Shown here: piece by piece, positions 13,889 through 26,703 of the stretch
How positions within the stretch are numbered: position 1 is the first letter of the stretch
Layout: each line of letters opens with the position of its first letter
Made by a program: the position numbers and the translations under genes
Origin: Nemertoderma westbladi
Taxonomy: Eukaryota; Animalia; Xenacoelomorpha
DNA length: 57,966 nucleotides
Assembly: GCA_032718475.1 (NCBI GenBank)
Contig: JAUCBJ010005161.1
Span: forward strand, 1 to 57,966
Direction: 5' to 3'
Notes under the pieces: model-generated
Databases searched by the model: none
What the model was told of the DNA's origin: nothing
Seen by the model: only the letters and a program-made list of their open reading frames with translations

Positions 13889-14048
13889 AATAAGCGAGAA
13901 TACATGATAAACAGAGAATATCACCTGTTCTAGGAGTGATATACGATATATCAACCTGAAGCAAAATGCCGAATGCCGAGGTTGTTATACAAAGTTTATT
14001 TGCCTAGGACAGGTGATATTCTGTTTATCACATGTGTTCGAACTTATT
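13889..14048. mobile_element. ~160-bp palindromic MITE-like element (related copy 14789-14950)
   Basis: Arms aataag..tgataaacagagaatatcacctgttctagg / cctaggacaggtgatattctgtttatca..cttatt. Confidence 0.7.
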
Positions 14049-14304
14049 GAACACGAAGAGGGCCATCCTGCATAATAAGGTAAAGCAACAAACCCCACTC
14101 CACAATTTAGTATTTACCTCTCCAATTTTTTATTATAGCTAGTATTGTTGCTTTTTGTATAGAAATCGTTCTAGAATATGCTAGCTATTTATTTTTAAAA
14201 AATGAACCCTCAGTTTCAAATATTTTTTATTCCAGAACATATTTTGGAAAAATATCTTGATTATATTTTAAACACATGGGAACAATTAATTATACACCAC
14301 CTAA

Positions 14305-14487
14305 GGCCGCGTTCACACTACCGAGTTAAAGTCAAAAGAAAATAAATGTAGCTAGAAATATTAAATAATAATACATTATATAATATAATACATAAGCAGA
14401 TAATTGCATTCTATGTACAAAAAATTAAATTTTGTTTTACAATTTGTCTTTTGACTTTGACTTTAACTCGGTAGTGTGAACGTGGAT
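14305..14487. mobile_element. PIF/Harbinger-like MITE
   Basis: TIR cgttcacactaccgagttaaagtcaaa; flanked by TAA on both sides. Confidence 0.7.
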
Positions 14488-15415
14488 TAAGAATTTGGAA
14501 TTGCTTCTTTTTTTTGTTATTTAAGAATAAGTTCGCTACCGGAATTATATAAAAAATGTTCTAGAAAATTGTTCCAGAACTTTTTTCTATATTTAATAAC
14601 ATTTTTTCTAGCTGTTCTTTAGGGCCTACACAAAATATTAAAAATAGAAAAATCTAGCTAGTATATCATTTTTGTAATTAAAAAAACTCAATTAATTAGT
14701 AATACAAGTTTCAAATAATTTTTGAATATACTGTAGCTAACTGTACTGTATATCACACGGTGTGATATACAATATATCAACCGCTAAAAATAAGTGAGAA
14801 CATGTGATAAACAGAGAATATCCCTGTTCTAGGAGTGATATACGATATATCAACCTGAAGCAAATAAATACCTGTACCTATATATTGTATAACTACCGAG
14901 GCCGAAGGCCGCGGAGGTTGTTATACAAAGTTTATTTGCTGATGAAAGTTGAAGAAAGCTGAAGAGAGCTGTTTAAAAAGAAAAAAGAATAAACCCATAA
15001 AAACTCTACTCAATATTCATTTAAAAGTATTAAGAAATTTACTTAATAATATTTCATTATAATTTACTAGCTATGTTAAAATAAATAAAACTAGCTACAG
15101 TATATGTTCTAGAACATTAAATTTTTTATTGTATTTATGTTCTAGAATAGTATATAATACTTTAATATTTTATATTGTTCGGCAACTCCTCAATGTTGCC
15201 ATTTTATCAATGATATATGATTTATAAATGTAGTGCTATATGGAACTCTAACCGAAGTGATGATACAAAATTTTCAAAAAACGGTCACACAGGCTATACT
15301 ACAGTATAGTGCGGACTTCTATATTAGCTCCTGGTTGACAAATGCGATATTACTTCAAAATTATATTGTTATTTCCTGGATTTTTTTTATTGATTTGCGT
15401 GAGATATTTGTAGTA

Positions 15416-15576
15416 TTCAGTTGTTGAAGGCAGGTTGAGCAATTCCTTAAGGTGGATAACTAGGTTGTTAACGTCGCAGAGTGCGTGAATGAGTCTTCAG
15501 TTGTTGAAGGCAGGTTGAGCAATTCCTTAAGGTGGATGACTAGGTTGTTAACGTCGCAGAGTGCGTGAATGAGTCT
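15416..15576. repeat. 80-bp direct duplication
   Basis: ttcagttgttgaaggcagg...gcgtgaatgagtct twice, one mismatch. Confidence 0.9.
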
Positions 15577-15761
15577 CTATCCTTAGTGGTTTTGTGCACT
15601 CAAAGGACTCGCTTAAGGTATGTGGACTGAATTTTGCTAAGTGAGTGGAAGTTATTGGCTGAAAGAAACTGAGAAATTATGTCGCATTGCGAAATAAAGT
15701 TGGGAAATATGTATCCCTACGCGATTTGGTAATGCGAAAATAATTATTGTCGTATTAACTA

Positions 15762-17940
15762 CAGTCCCGCTCACCAACAGAGTGCCATCGGATCCGATCG
15801 GATCCAACACACTCCGACAGCTTCAAACAAGCACAATGCTAACCTACGGAGAATTAGTACTGTTTGATTCTGTTTGTTATCATTCTGTTTGAGAAAATAT
15901 TTCCAACAAGTTTAGTCTGTTGGAGCCCATCTGAATCTGTCTGAAATCCGTCTGAAAGTGTTTGAAATTTCTGTTGGATGTTGTTTGAAGTTGTCTGAAG
16001 CTGTTTGAAGTTGTCTGAAGTTGTTTGAATCTGTCTGAAGCTGTTTGAATTTGTCTGAATCTGTTTGAAGCCATCGGAATTTGTTGGAATTTGCCAATGC
16101 CTTACAAAAGCGTAGTACAATAACAAAATGTCAATCACATTAACTCTCAAATTGAAGTGATTGTGAGGGTGTACCATTGTAAAGTATAACCCGAAGCTAA
16201 GATTTGTTTCATTTAATTTAATCATAAGAATATTTTATTATATGAATTAACTTGCATGCATAAACGAATAACCTATAATATAATAACACCAACCGGAACA
16301 CGATTTTAATTACGTAATTAGAAATGTAAATAATCACATTAACTCGCTTGTTATTATTATTATTTAGTAGCTTAACGGCTTAACGGCTTAACGGAGTGTT
16401 GGTATTATTTTGCTACTCCAATATATGGCGGCATCAGGAGATGAAGAGTACAATAATTTGATTCTTAGTAACTATAGATAGAATCAATATAGTAAAATAC
16501 TGCAGTTCAATTCATTTTGTAACACTATATTGCTCTATCTTTTATTAAATAATTAAGCAAAAATATGTGTATTACATTATTAACGAAATACATGGGGAAA
16601 AACGTGGAACATTTTTTTTCAATATTCTCTCGACTCTTTGTTAACCTCGCTGGCGCTCGGTAAATAAAATGCCTCGAGAAAAATGAACAAAATGTTAAAG
16701 TGAGATCTGATTCTGTGCATCTGCGTTGAATATATTAATTTAATATATTGATAATTAATAACTGAATTTCGCTGGAGTTAATTCTATTTACCGTGGCTCC
16801 AGGGGCGTGATGGCTATGTGGGTCATTGTGATTCATAAATCATACTTGGGATTATATGATGAGTATGTGCATTGAGGAGGGGGGGTGGGGGGGGGGGGGG
16901 GGGCTAGTGTCCTTGTATGATGTCACGTGACAACCATAATTTAATGTAATCAATGTATATCCGCCATTGGCATTGCCGTACTAATGTGATGAAAAAGGTA
17001 GACCTAATCACGCCAGATACTAATAAAAATAATGTCTTAAAAACTAAATTTTATTCATTCATACATCAGTACATAGGCAATGTAGCCAAATAGCAAATAA
17101 AGCCAGGACCGCACAATTACAGTAATTGACGAAACAAAAACAAAACTAGAACAGAGCATATCCAAACTTGTAGATACATATAAACCACATAGATTTAGAA
17201 ATAATCACAAAGCTAATAAGTGCACACTATATTAACTGTAGAGGAGGGTACTGTCTCCTGCGCAAAGCAAAATCTAATCATGAGTATTTTTTACTGTAAC
17301 TCGTAACTTAAAGAAAATGGGCCTTTCTCGAAGAAATCCTACATGGGCATTATTTTGGAGTTAACCCGGCAAGAAGGCTTGGCTCATTGGAAGTGTATTT
17401 CGGTAAAGCTCTATAGTATGGCTCTGTTTAAAGCATAACCCGGCCAAGACGACAGACATTAGCATGGGAACACGAACACACCATATGATCCTTCCCCTAT
17501 TCATTTCAATGGTAGCCAGCTTGTCTTTCCCGCACTGGGGGTAGACCATTGGCTAGCTTTATGCTATGCTATTGTGTTTTGTGTTATACAGAGACAGTAA
17601 CAGGATAAAGAGAAATACCGACCTCGCTAATAATGGGCTGGTCCCACAGGTCAGTTTAAAGGTAAGTGGTACAGTAGGTACTACAGTTTGCATGTTCAAG
17701 GGCGCCAGTTGCTATTCGCTGCCATGGAGTTCCTGTAATACATTCAGACACTTTCACTCTTGTAGTATCCTAGCGTCCAGGAAGTTGTGAGTTGAGTGTG
17801 GGTAGGGTGGGTGGAGTGATTGACAGGTTGTTGGAAGTTGTCTGATTCTGTTTGAAGCTATCTGAAATTGTTTGAAGCTGTCTGAATCTGTTGGAAGTTT
17901 TCGGACGGATCCGATGGCGCTCTGTTGGTGAGCGGGACTG
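15762..17940. mobile_element. TA-flanked TIR element (CAG...CTG ends) with 10-bp subterminal repeats
   Basis: TIR cagtcccgctcaccaacagag[t/c]gccatcggatccg; TA at both ends; ctgtttgaag/ttgtctgaag arrays at 15915-16090 and 17825-17900. Confidence 0.85.
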
Positions 17941-17962
17941 TATTTACATACAGTACTGGTGT

Positions 17963-18078
17963 GTAAAGTAGCACTTTACAGTGTGATGATCCGAGTGGCT
18001 TTGTTACACGAACGAACGAACGTTAGTGAGTGAGTGAAAATAAAGCCACGAGGATCAGAACACTGTAAAGTACTTTAC
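17963..18078. mobile_element. ~115-bp hairpin mini-element
   Basis: gtaaagta..actttacagtgt..gatcc..gtggcttt / aaagccac..ggatc..acactgtaaagtactttac. Confidence 0.65.
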
Positions 18079-18150
18079 GTATATGGATATTGCTGCATCT
18101 TCTGACTCAAGTGAAGAATGGATGCATGAGTGGCATTTAATGATAAGTGA

Positions 18151-19822
18151 GGGTATATCTTTTGCGTAGAGGTATAGCCTACATAGAGGCTTCATGTAGG
18201 TATGTGTAGCCTACATGTAGATGCACGTGTAGGGTGAATGTAGGTAGGTGTAGTCCCATAGATATTAATGTAATTTATGTGTCAACTTGCAGTAACGTGA
18301 TACACGGTCGTCAATCAGGATGTATGGCAATAATCTCTGATCTCCACGGTACAATACGGTACATCAACATGCAGACCTGTCTGCTGTCAAACAACAGGTT
18401 TTACTACATACTGCAGTACTGTATAAATATCAAACATCGCGTTCTGATTATACTAAAGTCCCTTACTCGTCATAAATATTATGCCCTAATAAATTTGAGT
18501 ATGCTAACGCCACGAAAGGCATCGTTCCATTAGATTAACTCGTTCTGATTTATATGTTTATTGAGTAAGAGTAACCTAAACAAGAATAACAGCCATCATC
18601 GCGGGGACTATAGTCTACCAGAAACCCTGACCCCCCTCTGCCCCTCTTTATCTGTTTATCAACCATACATCCATGGGACTTGAACAGTACTTCAGCATTG
18701 AAATGTTTTGGACGTTTTGTTTTGAAAGTAAAAATATAGAAGTCTGGAAGTTTTGTTTGTTTTAATTTTTCAGGCAGTCACATTCCACCAACCAGCAACA
18801 GTCCCATCCCTTCCCACTATCCCGCGGACCACCACACTGTTTCATTATAAAGTATTCCCATCTCGATGATGGGAATTAATCAGTAATCCGATGGGATTCA
18901 AATCCCATCTCGAAGTAACAGCAAAACAATAACACGAAAAGTCAATAGCTTTACAGTTATATTTGATTGCATTGAAAGTTATTAGAAAGAAGAAGTTAAA
19001 TTGCATATCCATTAAAATATCATGAAATTGATACGGCAGTTTAGTAGATTAAAACGGCCACAGCAAGATTTATAAAATGAAAAATAAGTAAAATCAGCAC
19101 AGCACACAATATTATCAATATAGACATTGAAGACAATTTAATAAACAAATACTATAAAAAATATCTACTAACAATCAATACATGATATATATAATATATA
19201 TAATATATAGGCCTATACATCAGCGACTACCATCGCCACTCTGGTTCAATCAGTCAGTCCGGTATCATTGTTAGCGTTTTGTTGAATTACCCACTCATCC
19301 TCAGACCCTCATGGACACCGACGATACGAGCTCTAACCCTAACCGTTAGTCGATTCCTCCTTGACTGGAAACATCAGGTTCGGGCCGTTCGGCCCATACA
19401 AAGTCATTAGCCTCCATGCCTGAACCCGCAGGATCATAAGATCTACAGTATGTATCGGTATATCGTTCAGTCGTTTTTTCCTTTGTCAGTACTGTAGTAT
19501 TGATAGGCTCCGTCTCGTGGGTATTCAGGGGACCCCCATTCGACGTATTCGCATCTCCTCCTGGTTGTTTCGGGTACCACCGCCCGCCATATGCGCATCT
19601 CTTCGTGGTTGTTCCGGGTACCGCCCCCATTCGCCGCATTCGCATCTCATCGAGGAAGTTCGGGTCCGGGTACCCCGTGTAGGCGTATTCATTCATCATT
19701 GTTGTTTTTAAAGACCTACCTACACCTACCTACATTCACCCTACACGTGCATCTACATGTAGGCTACACATACCTACATGTAGCCTCTATGTAGGCTATA
19801 CCTCTACGCAAAAGATATACCC
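18151..19822. mobile_element. Mutator-like (MULE) non-autonomous element with ~105-bp TIRs and 9-bp TSD
   Basis: TIR gggtatatcttttgcgtagaggtatagcctac...gtaggtaggtgtag nearly perfect; TSD gataagtga at 18142-18150 and 19823-19831. Confidence 0.9.
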
Positions 19823-20143
19823 GATAAGTGATGCACAAAAACGCCTTAAAATATCATAGCACATAGAATATCATAGCAACCAAAAAACGGTAGCATAGCA
19901 ACACGTCTAATCAAGCAAGTATACAATAATACTACTACTGCTGTTAGTACTACTTACTACTACAGCGTAGGCCTATGACAGTATGACAGTACTGCTGTCT
20001 GGCAGTAGGAATAGCAATTTGCTTTGCACCCGGTAGCCTTCTCCTGGCCCTGACAGCCTGATACCTGGATACCTCGTACCTACACTACATACGGACGTAC
20101 TCGTACTGTAGTGGCCATACCTGAAACAGTGACACAGTACGAC

Positions 20144-22570
20144 ATGTCTTCCGCGTCTACTATATCGGCTTCTCGAACTACGTCTAGTATCCGAGACTAT
20201 TTACTGTACGAGAAAATCGGTAAAGGCGGGTTCGCTACTGTCCATCGCGCTGTTTCTAAACTCAACGGTCAAGAAGTAGCGATTAAATGCATTGATCGGA
20301 ACGAGGTAGAACGACGAGGGATGACTCATCGCGTGGATAACGAGATGGCCCTCCATTGGCAGATGAAACACCCTTCTATTCTAGAACTATACGATGTACT
20401 TAAGGACGACACATACTTCTACTTAGTTTTAGAATTCTGTCCGAACGGGGAACTGCAGAGCCACGTGGCGACGTATAGCAACGGAGTTCGTCCACAAGAA
20501 GCTCGTCGCTTTATGAACGAGATCGTTCGCGGAGTCTCCTATCTCCATTCACACGGCATCCTCCATCGCGACCTCTCCTTGTCCAACATCCTGTTAACCC
20601 GGGATTTCAGTTGCCGTATCGCCGATTTCGGATTGTCCACGCAGCTCACGGAGCTGCGAGAGAAGCACTACACGCTGTGCGGAACTCCCAACTATATATC
20701 GCCGGAAGTCGCCCATAGAGAAGCTCACGGACCGGAGTCTGACGTGTGGTCGCTAGGGATTATGCTGTTCACGCTGCTAACGGGTCGGCCTCCGTTCGAC
20801 ATGGCCAACCCGATGGCGACGCTGAATCGCGTCCGAGCCGCGCGGAATGTCGACATTCCGGAATCGCTCCCGGCCGACGCGCGGGACCTCCTCACCGCGA
20901 TTCTCCAACCCAACCCGTCGGACCGTCCTGATATCGGCGGCGTATTGCGACACCCGTTCCTACTGGGGGAGTCACAGACCTCGGTGGATAGCGGACACGT
21001 GTCCGTGTCTACGGGGTTCAGTTCGGGGCGAGTCCCCCAGCGGGGGCGCCAGGTTGCAACCATAGAGGAGGAGGACAGTAAGATTAGTGGGAACGAGTGG
21101 GTGGAGGAACTTAAATTCAGCATACATGAGTTGGTAGATGGATGTGGGAAAGGCGATGTCAGGGGGGAAGGTAAGAGGGAGAGGGGGGGAGGTAAAGGAG
21201 CGGGAGGGGAAGGTAGGGGGCCGAGGGGGGGCAGTAGCAGACACTCATCCACCGATAATTCATCCAATAAAAACCAACCGAGATTCCGCCCGGAGAGCAA
21301 CCGGTGTCCTTCCGACAGTCAGTACGACCCCCGGAACTACCAGAGTTCCGGGAGCGATCCCGGAGATTCGGAGAGCCAACGCGAGTTTAAGAAACCTCTT
21401 CCGGTGTCGCGGACAGCAGCTCCTCTACAGAAGCTCTCGGATCTATGTCCGCCGTTCAGTACCGCTCGACTGCGTCCGATACGACAGGCCGGACGCAAGT
21501 CGGTAGTCAGCATCACCGATGACGGGAGCGTCCGTTTGCAGTTTCTCGGGGGGAAGGGGGGAAATCTAATGACGATATCCACCGACGGGGATTCCATCGC
21601 GCTGGGAACTAGCAACTACACTTATGACTCGCTACCCTCGGCCTACTGGCGTCGTTACGTCTACTCGGCCAAGTTCGTCAACCTGGTTCGCTCCCGAACT
21701 CGTAAGATCACCATCTACTCGCCGCACTCGCGCTCAACCTTGATGGAGAACTCGCCGGATCCCGACTTCGAGTTGCAGACCTACGACGGGATGCGCGCGT
21801 TGCGTACGCGAGACGTTGTCCGTGTGACAACGATGGCGACGGGAGCCACGAGGGAGATACGCAACACCTCCGAGTCTCGGAACCTCCCAACCGATCTGCA
21901 GTCGCTATTCAGTCGTGTCAACGACTCCTACTTGAAGTGTCTCCGGATCGAACAGGGGATTAAGGATCTCGAGATAAACGTCGGAAGTAGTTCCGACTCC
22001 TTCTTCCCGGTTATAATATCTCGACAGCCGTACGGAACGCAGCCACTAGGCGGCGTCTCCGGGAGTACTCCCTCAAGCGGTACGCTCCCGAATAATAGTG
22101 TTATCTCTTTGGCGACATTGCCTAGCCCCTCGGAGATTTCTACTAATTTCGATGGCAGCGCCTCCAGCGGAAGGGAGGCGCGTTCCATAACGTTTCTAGG
22201 CGGTAAGAAGGCGCCATCTAGAGGCGGTTCTGATCCATCTTCTGTCGGTAACACGGCCCCCGTACCGCGTCCCCATAGCAACCAATCGGCAATATCCGGG
22301 AGCCAATCATCGGGGGTTGTTAAGAGTCTATTCGTTAGCAACGTGGGTTGGGCCTCCCAACTGGCCGACGGACAGGTCTGGGTTCAGTACAGCGACGGGT
22401 GTCAGCTGCGGGTTGGCAGTAGAAACGGGGCGACCCATACAGACCCATCGGGTCACACGAAACTTTACGAATCCGGGACCCCAATACCGGATTCAATACG
22501 AGCGAAACTCTCCGATATGCCCAGAATTCTACAACTCTTTGTTGATAACATCGACAGAGACAACGGATAG
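20144..22570 (+). CDS. PLK4: Polo-like kinase 4 (SAK), single exon; probable start is the ATG at 20144
   Basis: [22 protein letters not shown], betaTrCP/Slimb degron DSGHVS (~20987), cryptic polo box RLRPIRQ and YWRRYVYSAKFVNLVRS, PB3 FVSNVGWASQL. Confidence 0.96.
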   Translation: MSSASTISASRTTSSIRDYLLYEKIGKGGFATVHRAVSKLNGQEVAIKCIDRNEVERRGMTHRVDNEMALHWQMKHPSILELYDVLKDDTYFYLVLEFCPNGELQSHVATYSNGVRPQEARRFMNEIVRGVSYLHSHGILHRDLSLSNILLTRDFSCRIADFGLSTQLTELREKHYTLCGTPNYISPEVAHREAHGPESDVWSLGIMLFTLLTGRPPFDMANPMATLNRVRAARNVDIPESLPADARDLLTAILQPNPSDRPDIGGVLRHPFLLGESQTSVDSGHVSVSTGFSSGRVPQRGRQVATIEEEDSKISGNEWVEELKFSIHELVDGCGKGDVRGEGKRERGGGKGAGGEGRGPRGGSSRHSSTDNSSNKNQPRFRPESNRCPSDSQYDPRNYQSSGSDPGDSESQREFKKPLPVSRTAAPLQKLSDLCPPFSTARLRPIRQAGRKSVVSITDDGSVRLQFLGGKGGNLMTISTDGDSIALGTSNYTYDSLPSAYWRRYVYSAKFVNLVRSRTRKITIYSPHSRSTLMENSPDPDFELQTYDGMRALRTRDVVRVTTMATGATREIRNTSESRNLPTDLQSLFSRVNDSYLKCLRIEQGIKDLEINVGSSSDSFFPVIISRQPYGTQPLGGVSGSTPSSGTLPNNSVISLATLPSPSEISTNFDGSASSGREARSITFLGGKKAPSRGGSDPSSVGNTAPVPRPHSNQSAISGSQSSGVVKSLFVSNVGWASQLADGQVWVQYSDGCQLRVGSRNGATHTDPSGHTKLYESGTPIPDSIRAKLSDMPRILQLFVDNIDRDNG

Positions 22571-23189
22571 ATAGAGAGCCGACCCAAAATATATGATATG
22601 CAATTTTCATTTTTATATTTTTTTAATTTTAGGACAAAATATTTACCCGGGCAATATGAATTAACGACTTAAGGTTAACAAACTTTAAAAAAAACTGGTT
22701 GTTTTAGGAATAAAACCAAAAGCAATTCATAAACAGTTAGCCTTGGAGGAAAGGACGTCAGTAATTTTGATACTTTATTTTGTTAATGTTGTTTGGGTTC
22801 ACCTTTGCTTGTGAGTGATTATGTAATGCACGCGTTTTGTGAAGAATATGGCGTATAACTAATTGTTTGTCTTCATATTTTGGGTAAATATTTTCCGGGT
22901 AGATTTATCGTAGTTTCTCTGTCGTCTTTTAAAATCTTATGTAATTTTGTAAATGTCGTTTATTGTTTTATTTATTTGTAAGAAGCGTCAATCAACTAGC
23001 CTTATAATATAGTTAAGAAAGAGGTGTGTTAATTATTATTAATTGTTTTGTTTGTCTATGATAAACTTATCTCAATAAATATATTATTTTGTATATAAAT
23101 ATATAATATTATGTAATAATCCCGAATGCGTTACGTTAGCGGTGTTACGTTCGCTAGACAAATCCATTACGACTTTAACCTCTGGGAGA

Positions 23190-25581
23190 ATAATCGGCCT
23201 TACCTGCTGCAAATATCGGCCTTATCTGCTACAAATATCGGCCTTATCTGCTGAACCAATATCGGCCTTATCTGCTACAAATATCGGCCTTATCTGCTGA
23301 ACCAATATCGGCCTTATCTGTAGAACAAATATCGACCTTATCTGCTACAAATATCGGCCTTATCTGCTGAACAAATATCGGCCTTACCTGCTACAAATAT
23401 CGGCCTTATCTGCTACAAATAGCGGTCTTATCGGCTGAACCAATATCGGCCTTATCTGCAGAACAAATATCGGCCTTATCTGTAGAACAAATATCGGCCT
23501 TATCTGCTACAAATATCGGCCTTATCTGCTGAACAAATATCGGCATTATCTGCTACAAATATCGGCCTTATCTGCTGAACAAATATCGGCCTTATCTGCA
23601 GAACAAAGATCGGCCTTATCTGTAGAACAAATATCGGCCTTATCTGCTACAAATATCGGCCTTATCTGCTGAACAAATATCGGCATTATCTGCTACAAAT
23701 ATCGGCATTATCGGATGAACAAATATCGGCCTTATCTGCTGGACAAATATCGACCTTATCTGCTACAAATATCGGCCTTATTTGCTGAACAAATATCGGC
23801 CTTATCTGCTACAAATATCGGCCTTATCTGCTGAACAAATATCGACCTTATCTGCTACCAATATCGGCATTATCTGATGAACAAGTATCGGCCTTATCTG
23901 CTACAAATATCGGCCTTATCTGCTACAAATAGCGGTCTTATAGGCTGAACCAATATCGGCCTTATCTGCAGAACAAATATCGGCCTTATCTGTAGAACAA
24001 ATATCGGCCTTATCTGTAGAACGAATATCTGCCTTTATCTGCTACAAATATCGGCCTTATCTGCTACAAATATCGACCTTATCTGCTGAACAAATATCGG
24101 CCTTATCTATAGAACGAATATCGGCCATATCTGCTACAAATATCGGCCTTACCTGCTACAAATATCGGCCTTATCTGCTACAAATAGCGGTCTTATCGGC
24201 TGAACCAATATCGGCGTTATCTGCAGAACAAATATCGGCCTTATCTGTAGCACGAATATCGGCCTTATCTGCTACAAATATCGGCCTTATATGCTACAAA
24301 TATCGGCCTTAACGGCTGAACAAATATCGGACTTATCTGCTGAACAAATATCGACCTTATCTGCTGAACAAATATCGGCCTTATCTGCTACAAATATCAA
24401 CCTTCTCTGCTGAAGAAATATCGGCCTTATCTGTAGAACGAATATCGGCCTTATCTGCTATAAATATCGGCCTTATCATCGACCTTATCTGCTACAAATA
24501 TCGGCCTTATCTGCTGAACAAATATCGACCTTATCTGCTACAAATATCGGCATTATCTGATGAACAAGTATCGGCCTTATCTGGTGTGAACAAATATCGG
24601 CTTTATCTGCTGAACAAATATCGGCCTTATCTGCAGAACAAATATCGGCCTTATCTGTAGAACGAATATCGGCCTTATCTGCTACAAATATCGGCCTTAT
24701 CTGCTACAAATATCGGCCTTATCTGCTACAAATATCGGCCTTATCTGCTGAACAGATATCGACCTTATCTGCTACAAATATCGGTCTTATCTGGTGAACA
24801 AATATCGGCCTTATCTGCTGAACAAATATCGACATTATCTGCTGAACAAATATCGGTCTTATCTGGTGAGCAAATATTGGCCTTATCTGCTACAAATATC
24901 GGCCTTATCTGGTGAACAAATATCGGCCTTATCTGCTGAACAAATATCGACATTATCTGCTGAACAAATATCGGTCTTATCTGGTGAGCAAATATCGACC
25001 TTATCTGCTACAAATATCGGCCTTATCTGGTGAACAAATATCGGCCTTATCTGCTGAACAAATATCGACATTATCTGTTGAACAAATATCGGTCTTATCT
25101 GCTGAACAAATATCGACCTTATCTGCCGCAAATATCGGCCTTATCTGGTGAACAAATATCGGCCTTTCTGCTGAACAAATATCGACATTATCTGCTGAAC
25201 AAATATCGGTCTTATCTGGTGAGCAAATATCGACCTTATCTGCTACAAATATCGGCCTTATCTGGTGAACAAATATCGGCTTTATCTGCTGAACAAATAT
25301 CGACATTATCTGTTGAACAAATATCGGTCTTATCTGGTGAGCAAATATCGGCCTAACCTGCTACAAATATCGGCCTTATCTGCAGAACAAATATCGGCCT
25401 CATCTGCTACAAATATCAGCCTTACCTGCCACAAATATCGGCCTTATCTGCTGAAGAAATATCGGCCTTATCTGGTGAACAAATATCGGCCCTATCTGGT
25501 GAACAAATATCGGCCTTATCTGCTGAACAAATATCGGCTTTATCTGCTGAACAAATATCGGTCTTATCTGGTGAACAAATA
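23190..25581 (+). repeat. 2.4-kb minisatellite of 22/24-bp units (aaatatcggccttatctgct[ac/gaac])
   Basis: About 100 units; 118-bp five-monomer higher-order repeat at ~24780-25330. Confidence 0.95.
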
Positions 25582-25676
25582 TGTTCCGATACAAATTATG
25601 TTTCGATACAAGAAGATCCTTAAAAGTTTATGTTGAACTTCAATAGCAGGATCAGTTAAAAATATTTAATAGAAAC

Positions 25677-26601
25677 TAGGGATGTGGCGAATGTCCGCAT
25701 TCGCATCTGCATCCGCGGATATCCGCATGATTTTTCGCATTCGCATCCACATACGCACCCATGGCATGAGGATGTGACATGCGGATGTTACATGCACTAT
25801 TCAAGCATCCTGTCTGAAGGCCCACCAACCACTAAATTAAATTTTCAATAATAATTACTGGTAATTATAGTGGAATAGTAATAATAGTAATGGTAATTAA
25901 AAAATACAATAACAATAATACTTGTTTATTATTTGACCGACATACCTCCAGACAGACAAACAGACTGACTGACAGAAATACAAAGAAACAGACAGTCAAG
26001 ATGCTGTCAAAAGTAAAAACTGACATCGGAAATGAGTTCGCCGACCTGGAAAACCCCCTTAGGCATATTTTGGTGAGGTTAAATGATTTTGTTTATTTTT
26101 TGACAGACAAACAGACAGACAAAAAGACAGACATACATTTAGACAGTTTCTGTAGGAGGAGCAACCTTAGAAGTTCGATTTTGTGTTCACCAGTGTGTGT
26201 ACACGTACATTGTTGTACTCTATACAGTATACACTAACACTCGACGGGAGCAATATAAAAAATGTTGGTTGTATTATTGTTTTGTTATATTATGTCCCAT
26301 TCTGTTCTATAACCTTAGACTCTTGTTAGTATATTAATATAAGATTAGAATATAATATTAAAATGCTGGTATAACCTTGATGTAAAAGGGAGTCCAGGCA
26401 AAAATATGTATGTTTTAATAGACATCCGCATCCGCATCCGTGCGGATGTCACCTCAGACATCTGCATCCGCATCCGTGCGGATGTCACCTCAGACATCTG
26501 CATTCGCATCTGCATCCGCATCCGTGCGGATGTCACCTCAGACATCTGCATCCGCATCTGCATCCGCGGATGTTAAAAATATGACATTCGCAACATCCCT
26601 A
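25677..26601. mobile_element. hAT-type MITE with 8-bp TSD
   Basis: TIR tagggatgt[g/t]gcgaatgtc; TSD atagaaac / gtagaaac; gcatcc subterminal repeats; nested (caga)-rich repeat 25930-26250. Confidence 0.85.
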
Positions 26602-26703
26602 GTAGAAACAACAAAATTTGAAATAATATTGATGTCTCTGGAAAACGGATCAGAAGTAATATAATTTATGGTGAATAATAGCATTCATTCATTTATTTTA
26701 CTT

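Noticed and set aside
21078-21240. Cryptic intron in the purine-rich PLK4 linker
   Set aside because: GTAAGA..TTCAG gives 43 nt, which would shift the frame; the ORF is open throughout and this linker is normally variable
23190-25581. CRISPR-like array, or ORFs in the repeat
   Set aside because: No unique spacers, eukaryotic context, and the ORFs are translations of the repeat
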